Positions 41,278 to 51,463 of a stretch of DNA of 64,000 bases are shown here, piece after piece. The DNA is taken from contig CAVPPB010000002.1 in NCBI GenBank assembly GCA_963707215.1, positions 415,491 through 479,490 on the forward strand, given 5' to 3'. The stretch comes from an uncultured Chloroflexia bacterium. GTDB taxonomy: Bacteria > Chloroflexota > Limnocylindria > Limnocylindrales > CSP1-4. Position numbers and translations under genes: made by a program. Position 1 is the stretch's first letter; every line of letters starts with the position of its first letter. The notes under the pieces are model-generated. The model worked only from the letters and a program-made list of their open reading frames with translations, searched no databases and had not been told where the DNA came from.

Positions 41278-41433
41278 TCCTACCAGCGTGGCTGGTGCTA
41301 TCACGGGAGATCGTGTGCGCTACCAGCCTGACTGGTCGCATCCCGGAACCGACGTCGGCCCCAAGCGCGGCCAGGTCGCGGCATCGCGTCGTCCACGCTT
41401 GAGACCCGGAATAGCACCAGTAGGGCTGGTATG
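41278..41433. repeat. ~150-bp triple-palindrome element, copy 2
   Basis: ACCAG-N5-CTGGT at 41282, 41322 and 41416 (same offsets as copy 1). Confidence 0.75.
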
Positions 41434-41445
41434 CGACAGATCCTC

Positions 41446-41590
41446 GGGCTCCCCGGGCCCGCACCGGGCTCCCCGGGCTCCCCGGGCCCGCACCGGGCTC
41501 CCCGGGCTCCCCGGGCTCCCCGGGCCCGCACCGGGCTCCCCGGGCTCCCCGGGCCCGCACCGGGCTCCCCGGGCTCCCCGGGCCCGCACC
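41446..41590. repeat. Compound GC-rich tandem repeat
   Basis: 10x GGGCTCCCC interspersed with 5x GGGCCCGCACC. Confidence 0.9.
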
Positions 41591-41731
41591 GAGCCCGGCC
41601 GCACCGCGCCCGGCCCAGACCGAGCCGTCCGCCGCCGCACAACGGCCTCTCGTCGGGTGCCCGGGCGTCGCTCGACCGCCTGACGGGACGACGACGCGCC
41701 TGCCCGAGGACTGCGGCCACACTCCGGCGCC

Positions 41732-42909
41732 ATGGACCTGACCCTCAGCCCCGGCCAGCTCGAGCTCCAGGCCCGGGCGCGCCGCTACGTCGAAGAGCAC
41801 CTCTGGCCCCTCGAGATCGAGTTCGAGCGTGGCGGCGGACGCCTCCCGCCCGCGACGGTCACCGAGCTCCGCGACGCTGCGATCGCGCTCGACCTGCATG
41901 GCGGCAGCTTCCCGAAGGCGATGGGCGGCCAGGGCTGGACCATGCTCGAGCAGGTCCTCGTCCACGAGCAGCTGGGCCAGGCCACGGGCGGCCTGTGGTC
42001 GTACATCCCGGGCGCCTACAACGCGCTGATCCACTGCGACGACGAGCAGCGCCGCCGGTACCTGGAACCCAGCCTCCGCGGCGAGCGCTTCGGGTCGTAC
42101 GCCATCACCGAGCCCGGAGCCGGCTCCGACGCCCGGAGCCTCAACGCCACCGCGGTCCGCGAACCGGCCAGCGGCGACTACGTCCTCAACGGCGAGAAGT
42201 GGTTCGTGACCGGCGTCGAGATCACCGACTTCATGATCTTCCACTGCCACGTCCTGGAGGACGGCGAGCGCAAGCCGACCCTCTTCCTGGTCGACTACGA
42301 CGCGACCCGGCCTGCGGATGGCCTACGACCCCGACTACACCCACACGTTCGCCGACCGTCATCCCCAGTTCGTGCTGGAGGACGTGCGCGTGCCGGCCTC
42401 GGCGATCCTCGGCGGGGTCGGCCGGGCTGACGAGTTGACCAACGAGTGGTTCGTCGAAGAGCGGATCCACATCGGCGCGCGCTGCTCCGGCGCCATGGAG
42501 CGACTGCTGGACCTCGGCGTCCGGCACGCCACGAGCCGGGAGCAGTTCGGGCAGCGGATCTACGACTTCCAGGGGGTGAGCTTCCCGCTGGCCGACTCGG
42601 CGGCCGACGCCTCGGCGGCCCGACTGCTGACCCGCGAGACGGCCTGTCTCTTCGACAGCGGCGCCGACCCCAAGGTCGTCCACGCCAAGGCGTCGCTCTG
42701 CAAGCTGTTCGCCTCGGAGGCGGCCTATCCGCTGCGCCGATCGGGTCGTCCAGGTCTTCGGCGGCCGCGGCTACATGCGCGACTTCGCCCCGGAGCGCTT
42801 CCTTCGAGAGCTGCGGGTCGACCGGATCTGGGAGGGGACCTCGGAGATCCAGCGCGTCGTCATCGCTCGTGCCCTGGAGAAGCGGGGCGTCGGTCGGGTC
42901 GTCGGATGA
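41732..42909 (+). CDS. Acyl-CoA dehydrogenase (frameshifts near 42305 and 42735)
   Basis: AITEPGAGSDA, LNGEKWFVT, REQFG..I..FQG, VQVFGGRGY, IWEGTSEIQR spread over three frames. Confidence 0.85.
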
Positions 42910-42913
42910 CGGC

Positions 42914-45275
42914 ATGACCGAGGCGACCGAGCGACCGAGGGCCGACCCTGACGAGCCCGCCGACCCTGACGAGCCCGCCGACCCTGACGAGCCCGCCGAG
43001 CCCGCTGAGCCCGCTGACCCTGACGAGCCCGCCCGGCCGACCGAGCCCACCGGACCGGCCCCGGCAGCCGAGCGGCCCTCGATCGACCTCCAGGCCCTCT
43101 TCGCTCCACGGAGCGTCGCGGTCGTCGGGGCCTCGCCGCGCTCGGACATCGCCAAGGTCCTTCGCGACAACGCCCGGATCATCGGCAGCGACGCCCCGGT
43201 CCGCTTCGTCAACCCGCGCTACGAGGAGCTCCTCGGCGAGCGCTGCTACCCGTCGCTCGACGCGCTGCCCGAGGTGCCGGATTCGGTCGTCCTGGCCGTC
43301 AACCCGCTCCGGGCCGCCCCCATCGCCGCCGATGCCGCCCGGGTCGGCGCCCGGGCCCTGATCATCCCCGGCGGCGGGGTCGTGGAGGGCGGTGACGCCG
43401 CCCGCCACATGCAGGCCGAGGTCCGCCGGATCGCCCTGGACCATGGGATCGCCCTGCTGGGCCCGAACTGCATGGGCCTCATCGACTGGACGACCCGCTG
43501 CGCGACCTACATCGGCGACGTCAACCCGTGGCTACCCCGCGGCCCGGTGGCGGCCATCGCCCAGAGCGGCTCGGTGACCGATGCCTTCATCCACTCCGGG
43601 AACCGGATCGGCTTCAGCCGCATCGTCAGCTGCGGCGCCGAGGTCGTCCTCGACATCTGCGACTACCTGGCCCACTCGCTCGACGACCCCGAGACCCGGG
43701 TCGTCCTCCTCTTCGTCGAGGGCTTCAAGCGGCCGGAGCGCTTCCTCGCCCTGGCCGACCGTGCCCTCGAGCTGGGCAAGCCCATCGCCGTGGTCAAGGT
43801 CGGTCGCTCGGCCCAGGCCCAGGTCGCCGCGCTCGCCCACAGCGGCTCGCTGGCCGGAGAGGGAGCCGTCACCGATGCCGCCCTTGACGCGGTCGGGGTC
43901 ATCCGCTGCCGTGATCTCGATGAGCTCCACGAGACGGCCGAGCTGCTGGCCGGAGCCCACCGGATGGGCCGCTCGGTCGGGCGTGGTCGGACCGGGGTCG
44001 TCACCGCCTCGACCGGCGAGGCCTCGCTGATCGCCGACCTCGCCCTCGAGACGGGCCTCGACCTGCCGACCGTCCCCGAGGCCACCCGGGAGCGGATCGT
44101 CGAGGCCCTGCCGACGATGGGCTACGTCGGCAACCCGCTCGACCCGTGGGGCGCCGACGACCCGGACGTCGCCTATCCGGCCTGCTTCGAGGCGTTCGCC
44201 GACTCGGGCGTCCTCGACGTGCTCGTCGGCGTCTACGACTTCCCGTACCGTTCGCTGCCGGCCGAGGTCGAGGGCGCGATGTCGGTCGCCAGGGCCCTGG
44301 TGGCAGCCACGACTGATCGACCCGGGATCCTGCCCGTCTACGTCTCGCTGACCTCGAACGAGCCGAGCCCGGAGATCCTCGACGCTCTCGCCGGCGACGG
44401 CGGCGTGCCCGTCCTCCGGGGCGCCGTCGAGGCGTTCTCGGCCATCGCCCGGGCCGCCACCTGGGAGGCGCGTCGGCAGCACCGGCTGGAGGTCGGCCCG
44501 CGCCGCCCGGAGTGGCCCGCCCTGGCTGACGAACGGATCCCGTACGGCTACGACCGGCGGCACGCGGACGGCGTGGCCGAGGTCGACGTGAGCGAGCCGG
44601 AGGCGGCGCCCGAGCCGGTCCGCCGGGTCCTCGCCGAGCGCGAGAGCCTCGAGCTGCTCCGCGAGGCCGGGCTGCCGATGGTCGAGGCCCGCTTCGCGGC
44701 CGAGCCGGCCGAGGCCGCCCACATCGCCGGCGAGCTGGGCTTCCCGGTCGCCGTGAAGCTCGACGCCGTCGGGTTCGCCCACAAGAGCGACGTCGGTGGG
44801 GTCCACCTCGGCCTGGCCGACGCCTACGCGGTCCGTGCCGCGGCCGCGGCCGCGGTGCAGGCGGGTCGGGCCGTCCGGGCTGGAGGTCCGCGGCGTGCTC
44901 GTCGAGCCGATGGCCGCGCCGGGCGTCGAGCTCATCGCCGGCGTCAAGCGCGATCCGCTCTTCGGGCCGGTCGTCCTGGTCGGGATCGGCGGGATCCTGG
45001 CCGAGGTGCTGGCCGACGTGTCGATCCGTCTCGCCCCGATCGACCCCGAGGAGGCGCTGGAGATGCTCGACTCGCTCCGCGGCGGGGCGCTCCTGCGGGG
45101 TGTGCGCGGCGCCGCGCCGGTCGCCCGCCGGCCCATCGCGGACCTGCTCGTGGAGCTGGGCCGCCTGGCGATGGAGCGGCCGGACATCGCCGAGGTCGAC
45201 CTGAACCCGGTCATCGCCACGCCCGAGGGGGCGTTGGCGGTCGACGGGCTCGTGGTCCTGGAGGAGCGCCGATGA
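42914..45275 (+). CDS. Acetate/acyl-CoA ligase (ADP-forming) alpha-beta fusion (frameshift near 44870)
   Basis: P.SVAVVGAS, GPNCMG, QSG, HSGSLAG, NPLD, FPVAVK..HKSDVGGV, DP.FGP, DLNP; N-terminal (DPDEPA)n repeat. Confidence 0.87.
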
Positions 45276-46135
45276 GCGATCGAGCCGAGGAGCCCGCTCC
45301 CGAGCCACGCCGGAGCCCGTCCTCCTGTCCGAGCCCACCGCGTGGGGCGTCCGCCTGACCCTCAACCGGCCGGGCAAGCTCAACGCGCTGTCGAACGAGC
45401 TGCTCGACGCGCTCGTCGACGCCGTCGAGGCGGCCGGCCGCGACCCGAGGTCCGGGTCGTCGTCATCCGCGGCTCCGGGCGAGCCTTCTGCGCCGGCTTC
45501 GACCTCGACTCCGGCGAGGAGGTCCCGACGGCCGCGGCCTGGCGCGAGCTGCTCGGCGCGACGTCCGCCAGACCCTCCGGATCTGGGGCTCGCCCAAGCC
45601 GGTCATCGCCCAGGTCCACGGCTACTGCCTGGCCGGCGGCCTGGAGCTGGCGATGGCCTGCGACCTCGTCGTGGCGGCCGACGGACGCGCAGCTGGGCGA
45701 GCCGGAGATCCGCTTCGGGTCGGCGCCGGTGACGCTGCTCATGCCGTATCTCGTCGGCCAGAAGAAGACCCGCGAGCTGCTGCTCACCGGCGACCTGGTG
45801 GACGGCGAGGAGGCGGCCCGGATCGGGCTGGTCAACCGCGCCGTGGAGCCGGACCGGCTGGAGGCGGAGGTCGATGCGCTGGCCGACCGGATCGCCCGGG
45901 CCAGCCCCGAGGTCCTCACGCCGACGAAGCGGATGCTGAACCGGGTCCAGGAGGCCCAGGGGTTCCTGACCGCGGTCGAGGCCGGGCATCGACCTGGGCT
46001 CGCTCATCAACGACCTGCCCGAGCAGCGCGAGTTCGACGCGATCGTCCGGCGCGACGGGCATGAAGGCCGCCCTGGCCTGGCGGGACGCCCGCTACGGGG
46101 AGCGGCTGGCCGAGCGAGGACGCCGGGAGGGATAG
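45272..46135 (+). CDS. Enoyl-CoA hydratase/isomerase (several frameshifts)
   Basis: LTLNRP.K.NALS, GRAFCAGFDL, KPVIAQVHGYCLAGG.ELA.ACD, G.PE, ELLLTG...GLVN across frames. Confidence 0.8.
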
Positions 46136-46394
46136 CGGTCGATCCTGGTGCGCCGACGCACCGGGCGCGGTGCGCGGCGGCACTCGGCAGGACCCCACCC
46201 GACCGCACCCGACCGCTCCCCGTCGCTGACCAAGGTACCGGCCGGGCCCCGCCGACCGTGCGATGGGCGGTTCCGGTGCGGACTGGTGTCATCCGTCAAC
46301 GAGGGGTAGTGCGGTCAGGCACCGCCCCCGCCAACGGATCGGCCCACGACCGGCGAGCGCCGGCCGCCTCGGCCGCACAGGGAGTACCGCACCC

Positions 46395-46967
46395 ATGGGA
46401 TCGACTCCGTACGAGACCGAGGAAGCGCCCCGCCGACGACGGCGTGGCCTGCTCGTCCTGCTCCTCACCGGATCCATCGTCACGATGATCGGCGCCGGCA
46501 CCATGTCGATGGCGCTGTTCACGGACTCCGACGCCGTCGGCGGCACGTTCAATGCCGGGACGGTCATCATCGACGCTACGCCGGCGGAGCTCGAGTTCGA
46601 CGTCGACCCGCTCATGCCGGGCGACGAGACCGAGGCCGACGTCAATGTCGCCAACACGGGCACGGGCGACCTCCGCTACGCGATGTCGACCGCGGCCAGC
46701 GGGGCGCTGGCTCCGGGCCTGGCGCTGACCGTCTACGAGGGCACGTGTGCGGACAAGGGCACGAGCCTCGGCAGGGCCGCCCTGAACGGATACGGCTTCG
46801 GGAGTGCGGCGACCGGCGCGCAGTCCGGCGATCGCGCCCTCCTCGCCGGCGCTGACGAGGACTTCTGCTTCGTCGTCGACCTGCCGCTGGGTGCTGGCGA
46901 CGAGTACCAGGACGCCGCGGCGACGGCCACCTTCACCTTCGACGCCGAGCAGACCGCCAACAACTAG
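46395..46967 (+). CDS. TasA/CalY-like protein with SipW-type signal peptide
   Basis: RRRRR + hydrophobic stretch + SMA|LFTDS...TFNAGTV; L.PGD, V.NTG...LRY, YQ.A.....FTF.AEQ. Confidence 0.82.
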   Translation: MGSTPYETEEAPRRRRRGLLVLLLTGSIVTMIGAGTMSMALFTDSDAVGGTFNAGTVIIDATPAELEFDVDPLMPGDETEADVNVANTGTGDLRYAMSTAASGALAPGLALTVYEGTCADKGTSLGRAALNGYGFGSAATGAQSGDRALLAGADEDFCFVVDLPLGAGDEYQDAAATATFTFDAEQTANN

Positions 46968-46988
46968 TCACCCACCCAAGCAGACCGC

Positions 46989-47021
46989 CGGCTGCGGCTC
47001 GCCCTCGGCGGGTCGCAGCCG
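46989..47021 (+). terminator. Hairpin between the tasA-like gene and sipW
   Basis: CGGCTGCGGCTCGCC-ctc-GGCGGGTCGCAGCCG. Confidence 0.5.
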
Positions 47022-47038
47022 CACCGCGATCGAGAACG

Positions 47039-47950
47039 ATGCGACCGATCCACGGCCTCGCCTTTCTTCGCTGGGTCTTCGACCTGGGGCTGGTCGCACT
47101 CGTCCTCGGCGTCCTTCTCGCCCTCGTGGTCGCACGGGGGCTGCCCGCGTACGGGCACCCCACGCTGACCCTGACCGGCGGCTCGATGGAGCCGGCGATC
47201 CCCAAGGGAGCGGTCGTCGTCCTCGAGCCCGTGGACTCATCGGCCCTGCGGGTCGGTGACGTCGTCACGGTCCGCCTCCCGACGAGCGGCTCCCACGTCA
47301 CCCACCGGATCCTCGACGTCACCGAGGTCGAGGGGGCCACCTGGCTCAGGACCAAGGGCGACGCCAACCCGACCCCCGACCCCGCCCTCCTGCCGGCTGC
47401 CGACCTCGAGGGTCGGGTCATCGCCTGGATCCCGGCGCTCGGCTACCTCATGCGGCTGCTCTCGGCGCCGCAGGGGGTCCTGTTCGTGTTGGCGTTCTCG
47501 ATCGCCCTGTACGCCTCGGCCCGCCTGGTCGAGGAGCTCGAGTGGGAGCTGGGCCGGGGCCATCGGGCGCGAGCGCGCGCTGCGGCGAGCGGCTTCGTGC
47601 CGCTGCCAGCCATCCCATCGACCACCGCCGAGCCGGGCAACGGGCAGGGCTCGCCACGCAGTCCCGGCTTCGAGCCCCGGCCGGCAGCCACCTGGGCCCC
47701 GGCCGCGTCCGGTGACCCGGACCCGGTGCCGCCGCCGACGTTCCTCGTCGCCGCCGGAGGCACGGCCGCCCCGACCGCCCCGACCGCGGCCGTCATGAAC
47801 CCCGACCCCGCACCCTGGTCGCGTCCGATCCCGCTCGTCGAGCCGTCCGTGGCCCGCGACCCGAGCGCCGGCCTCTCCCCGGCCGCCCGCCGAGCCTACG
47901 AGCACCGCGCCCGACGGCGTCGCTCGTCCCGGGCCGGAGGGCTCGCCTGA
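47039..47950 (+). CDS. sipW: Signal peptidase I, SipW/ER-type
   Basis: GGSMEP.I..G, VGDVVT, VTHRI, TKGDAN..PD, IP.LGY. Confidence 0.88.
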   Translation: MRPIHGLAFLRWVFDLGLVALVLGVLLALVVARGLPAYGHPTLTLTGGSMEPAIPKGAVVVLEPVDSSALRVGDVVTVRLPTSGSHVTHRILDVTEVEGATWLRTKGDANPTPDPALLPAADLEGRVIAWIPALGYLMRLLSAPQGVLFVLAFSIALYASARLVEELEWELGRGHRARARAAASGFVPLPAIPSTTAEPGNGQGSPRSPGFEPRPAATWAPAASGDPDPVPPPTFLVAAGGTAAPTAPTAAVMNPDPAPWSRPIPLVEPSVARDPSAGLSPAARRAYEHRARRRRSSRAGGLA

Positions 47951-48624
47951 TGGGGCGTGACCTGCGAACGGCGCTCCCGCTCCTCGCCCTCGGTGCGCTC
48001 CTCGCCGCGGCCTCCACCGGGGGCTTCGCGACCTCGGGCGCGATCTTCGTCGACACCTCGTCGGCCGAGGGCACCGTCACCGCCGGCTCGTGGTCCACGA
48101 CCCGCTACCTCCAGCATCGACCGTCCCCGGCGACCGCCGACACGCTGGCCCAGGTCGACCTGCCGGTCGGCTTCGCTGCTCCCACGGCGACCACCCTGTT
48201 CAACCTGGCGACCGACTGTGACGGCAAGCCCGGTCGGCGGATCACCCGCGGCTCGGCCCTGCCCACCGAGACGGACGTCTGCCGGTACGTCGACTGGCGG
48301 CTGGCCCCGGCGACCGAGGACACCGAGCTCACCGGCGTCGTGACGGCGACGATCTGGGCCGCCAAGTCGAACCCCCAGGGGCGGACCCCGACGCTCGTCG
48401 CCTACCTGCGGGCGTGGGACGGGGTCGGCCACGTGGAGCTCGGCTCGGCCCGGGTCTCGATGCCGTCCCAGGTTCTGGCCCCGGTCACCTTCTCGTTCCC
48501 GGTCTCGACGATGCTCCTCGCCGGACAGGCCCTGGAGCTGAAGCTGGTCGTCGAGGGGTTCAACCGGAACGTCACCATCGCCTACGACACGGCCGACCAC
48601 CCGAGCTCGATCACGCTGCCGTAG
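47950..48624 (+). CDS. Second putative SipW-dependent secreted protein
   Basis: Signal ending SGA|IFVDT......VTAGSW; translationally coupled to sipW. Confidence 0.72.
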   Translation: MGRDLRTALPLLALGALLAAASTGGFATSGAIFVDTSSAEGTVTAGSWSTTRYLQHRPSPATADTLAQVDLPVGFAAPTATTLFNLATDCDGKPGRRITRGSALPTETDVCRYVDWRLAPATEDTELTGVVTATIWAAKSNPQGRTPTLVAYLRAWDGVGHVELGSARVSMPSQVLAPVTFSFPVSTMLLAGQALELKLVVEGFNRNVTIAYDTADHPSSITLP

Positions 48625-48652
48625 GGCCCGACGCCCCGGGTAGACTCGGCCC

Positions 48653-50431
48653 ATGAGCCGATCGTCCCGCCGGGACTCCACCACGCGGACCGCCGCCGAC
48701 CTGCTGGTCGCCTGCCTGGAGGCCGAGGGCTGCGAGTACGTCTTCTCGGTCCCTGGCGAGGAGACCATGGACATCCTCGAGGCGATGGCCAACCGGGCCG
48801 AGACCGCCGAGGACACCCCCGGGAGCGACCGCGAGCCGGGCACGCCCGGCTCCGTCCGTCACGTCACGACCCGCCACGAGCAGGGGGCCGCCTTCATGGC
48901 CGACGTCTACGGTCGCCTGACCGGCCGCGCGGCCGTCGCGATGGCGACCCTCGGGCCGGGTGCGACGAACCTCGTCACCGGCGTGGCCGACGCCTTCCTC
49001 GACCGCGCACCGCTCGTCGCCATCACCGGCCAGGCGGCCATCGACAAGCTCCACAAGGAGGCCCACCAGGTCGTCGACGTCGTCGCGATGCTCGAGCCGA
49101 TCACGAAGTGGAACACCCGGGTCCAGCGTCCGGCAGCGATCCCCGAGATCGTCCGCAAGGCGTTCCGGGTCGCCCAGTTCGAGAAGCCCGGCCCGACCCA
49201 CGTCGAGCTCTCCGAGGACATCGCCGCGACCGAGCTGCCGGCCTCCGGACCGAACGCCGTCGAGCCGCTGCCGCGCCTGCGGACCTACTTCCCCGAGCCG
49301 ACCGACGAGGCGATCGAGCACGCCGCGCGTCTCCTCGCGTCGTCGCAGCGACCGCTCATCCTGGCCGGCAACGGCGTCATCCGGCGCCGCGCCGCTGACG
49401 CGCTGCGAGGCTTCGCTCGCGGGCTGCACATCCCCGTGGCGACGACCTTCATGGGCAAGGGATCGATCGACGACCGCAGCCACCTGTCGCTGATGGCCGT
49501 CGGGCTCCAGGCGCGCGACCATGTCCTGGCCGGGTTCGATCGCGCCGACCTCGTCATCGCGGTCGGCTACGACCTCGTCGAGTACGGTCCGTCGCGCTGG
49601 AACCCGGACGGGCACAAGCGGATCGTCCACGTCGACACGACCCCGGCCGAGGTCGATGCGTCCTACCGGACCGAGGTCGAGCTGGTCGGCGACATCGACA
49701 AGTCCCTCCGGCGCCTGCTCGCCGCCGTCCTGCCGAGCGGGATCGCCGGCCGCGACGCTTCCGAGCGGCACGAGGCCCGGGAGGCTCTCGTCCACGCCGA
49801 CCTGCGGACCGCCCTGCTCGAGGACCTGCGGGTCGGGGCCGCCGACGACGGCTGGCCGATCACCCCACCACGGGCGATCGCCGACCTCCGCGAGGCCCTG
49901 GGCCCGGCCGACATCGTCGTCAGCGACGTCGGCGCACACAAGGTCTGGGTCGCCCGCCTGTTCCAGGCCTACGAGCCCAACACCGTGATCATCAGCAATG
50001 GGTTCGCGGCGATGGGCATCGCGGTCCCCGGGGCGATCGCGGCAAGCCTGGTCCACCCGGAGCGAAAGGTGGTCGCGCTCACCGGCGACGGCGGCTTCCT
50101 CATGAACAGCCAGGAGCTCGAGACCGCGGTCCGCCTGGACGTCGACATCACGATCGTGATCTGGCGCGACGATGGCTACGGGCTCATCGATTGGAAGCAG
50201 CGCAACGAGTTCGACCGGCCGTACGCGGTCGAGTTCGGGAACCCCGACTTCCTTGGCTACGCCAGGTCGTTCGGGGTGCCCGGCTTCCGGCCCGAGACGG
50301 CGGCCGACCTGCTGCCGACCCTGCGGCGCGCCCTCGACGTCCGAGGCCCGTCGCTGGTCGAGGTGCCGATCGACTACGCGGAGAACGTCCGCCTGACCCA
50401 GCGGCTCGGGAAGCTCGAGACGCCGGATTGA
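48653..50431 (+). CDS. ThDP-dependent acetolactate synthase-like enzyme (second, no small subunit)
   Basis: VPGEE, RHEQGAAFMA..YGRLTG, TLGPGATN, SDVGAHK, SNGFAAMG, GDGGFLMN.QE. Confidence 0.9.
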   Translation: MSRSSRRDSTTRTAADLLVACLEAEGCEYVFSVPGEETMDILEAMANRAETAEDTPGSDREPGTPGSVRHVTTRHEQGAAFMADVYGRLTGRAAVAMATLGPGATNLVTGVADAFLDRAPLVAITGQAAIDKLHKEAHQVVDVVAMLEPITKWNTRVQRPAAIPEIVRKAFRVAQFEKPGPTHVELSEDIAATELPASGPNAVEPLPRLRTYFPEPTDEAIEHAARLLASSQRPLILAGNGVIRRRAADALRGFARGLHIPVATTFMGKGSIDDRSHLSLMAVGLQARDHVLAGFDRADLVIAVGYDLVEYGPSRWNPDGHKRIVHVDTTPAEVDASYRTEVELVGDIDKSLRRLLAAVLPSGIAGRDASERHEAREALVHADLRTALLEDLRVGAADDGWPITPPRAIADLREALGPADIVVSDVGAHKVWVARLFQAYEPNTVIISNGFAAMGIAVPGAIAASLVHPERKVVALTGDGGFLMNSQELETAVRLDVDITIVIWRDDGYGLIDWKQRNEFDRPYAVEFGNPDFLGYARSFGVPGFRPETAADLLPTLRRALDVRGPSLVEVPIDYAENVRLTQRLGKLETPD

Positions 50432-50440
50432 GGCGCGTCG

Positions 50441-50570
50441 CTCGACGGCGCTCCTCGTCGGGCAGGCCCTGGAGTCGAAGCTGGTCGTCGAGGGGCTCGA
50501 CCGGAACGTGATCGTCGCCTACGACACGGTCGGCTACCCGAGCTCGATCACCCCGCCGAGGGGCCCGACG
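50441..50570 (+). repeat. Degenerate 130-bp copy of 48504-48633
   Basis: Collinear match, e.g. CAGGCCCTGGAG..GAAGCTGGTCGTCGAGGGG...CCGGAACGT...CGCCTACGACACGG...ACCCGAGCTCGATCAC. Confidence 0.85.
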
Positions 50571-50721
50571 GCATCGGGCGAGGACGAGGAGGAGGGGAGG
50601 AGGATGCGACCTCCCGTCCGCTAGTCGAGTCAGGGCACAACCGCATAGCCCAGCCGACAACCCCATGCGGGTATGCCCAGACCTGACTGGGGAACCAAGG
50701 TGCCCTCTCGCTCGCCATGCC
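50570..50721. ncRNA. Candidate structured ncRNA (long hairpin with central bubble, 6S-like)
   Basis: Outer stem 50570-50592/50704-50721; inner stem AGTCAG..GGCA..CCGCAT/ATGCGG..TGCC..CTGACT. Confidence 0.3.
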
Positions 50722-50881
50722 CCCCGGGGCATGGGCCCGGGCTCGCCACCGCGGCGGGCGAACGGCGCCGCCGAACCACCCGTGTATGACCGTCGACGCA
50801 TCGCCCACGGGGGGCGCCCCATCGGCACAAGGGTCTGCATGGCAGGTCCACCGGGCTCGACGCGCTCGCTAGACTCCGGCC

Positions 50882-51412
50882 ATGACCCAGCCGGCACCAG
50901 GGTCCGGTCCCGCTCCGACCGTCCCGCGGGTCCTGGTCGCGTACGCGTCCAAGCTCGGCTCGACCCGCGACATCGCCGAGACCATCGGCGAGACGATCCG
51001 GGCCGAGGGCCTTGAGGCCGACGTCCTTCCGGCCGGCGAGGTCGAGGACCTGGGTCCGTACGGCGCCGTCGTGCTGGGCAGCGCGCTGTACTCGGCGACC
51101 TGGCTGCGCGAGGCCAACCGGTTCGCGCGCGACCACGCCGACGCACTCCGGGCCCTGCCGGTCTGGCTCTTCAGCAGCGGCCCCCTCGACCGCTCGGCGG
51201 ACGCCGGCGACCTGCCCGTCGCGCCGCACGTCGCGCAGGCCACGAACGCCATCGGCGCCCGCGAGCACCGGACCTTCGGAGGGCGTCTCGCGGAGGGGAC
51301 GCCGGGCCTCGACCCCAAGCTCCTGCAGACGCATCGCCAGGGCGACTTCCGGGACTGGGACGCCATCCACGACTGGGCCCGATCGATCGCGGAAGCGCTG
51401 AAGGCCGGCTAG
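50882..51412 (+). CDS. Flavodoxin-domain protein (HemG-like)
   Basis: VLVAYASK.GST..IAE.I, AVVLGS.LY, PVWLFSSGPL, GDFRDW..I..WA. Confidence 0.88.
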   Translation: MTQPAPGSGPAPTVPRVLVAYASKLGSTRDIAETIGETIRAEGLEADVLPAGEVEDLGPYGAVVLGSALYSATWLREANRFARDHADALRALPVWLFSSGPLDRSADAGDLPVAPHVAQATNAIGAREHRTFGGRLAEGTPGLDPKLLQTHRQGDFRDWDAIHDWARSIAEALKAG

Positions 51413-51463
51413 GGACCCGACGACCGCCGCCCGGCGGCCCCGCGAGCCACCGCCCGAGCCGCC

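Noticed and set aside
41446-41590. CRISPR array
   Set aside because: 9- and 11-bp units abut with no unique spacers and there are no cas genes; this is a VNTR
42940-43050. Non-coding repeat element (18-bp GCCGACCCTGACGAGCCC units)
   Set aside because: In-frame low-complexity DPDEPA linker at the N-terminus of the CoA ligase
34218-46135. Programmed frameshifting or a pseudogene island
   Set aside because: Indels are scattered with no slippery sites and motifs are intact; sequencing error is more parsimonious
50570-50740. SRP RNA (GTCAGGTC on the minus strand)
   Set aside because: The following CGGAAGGAAGCAGC core is absent
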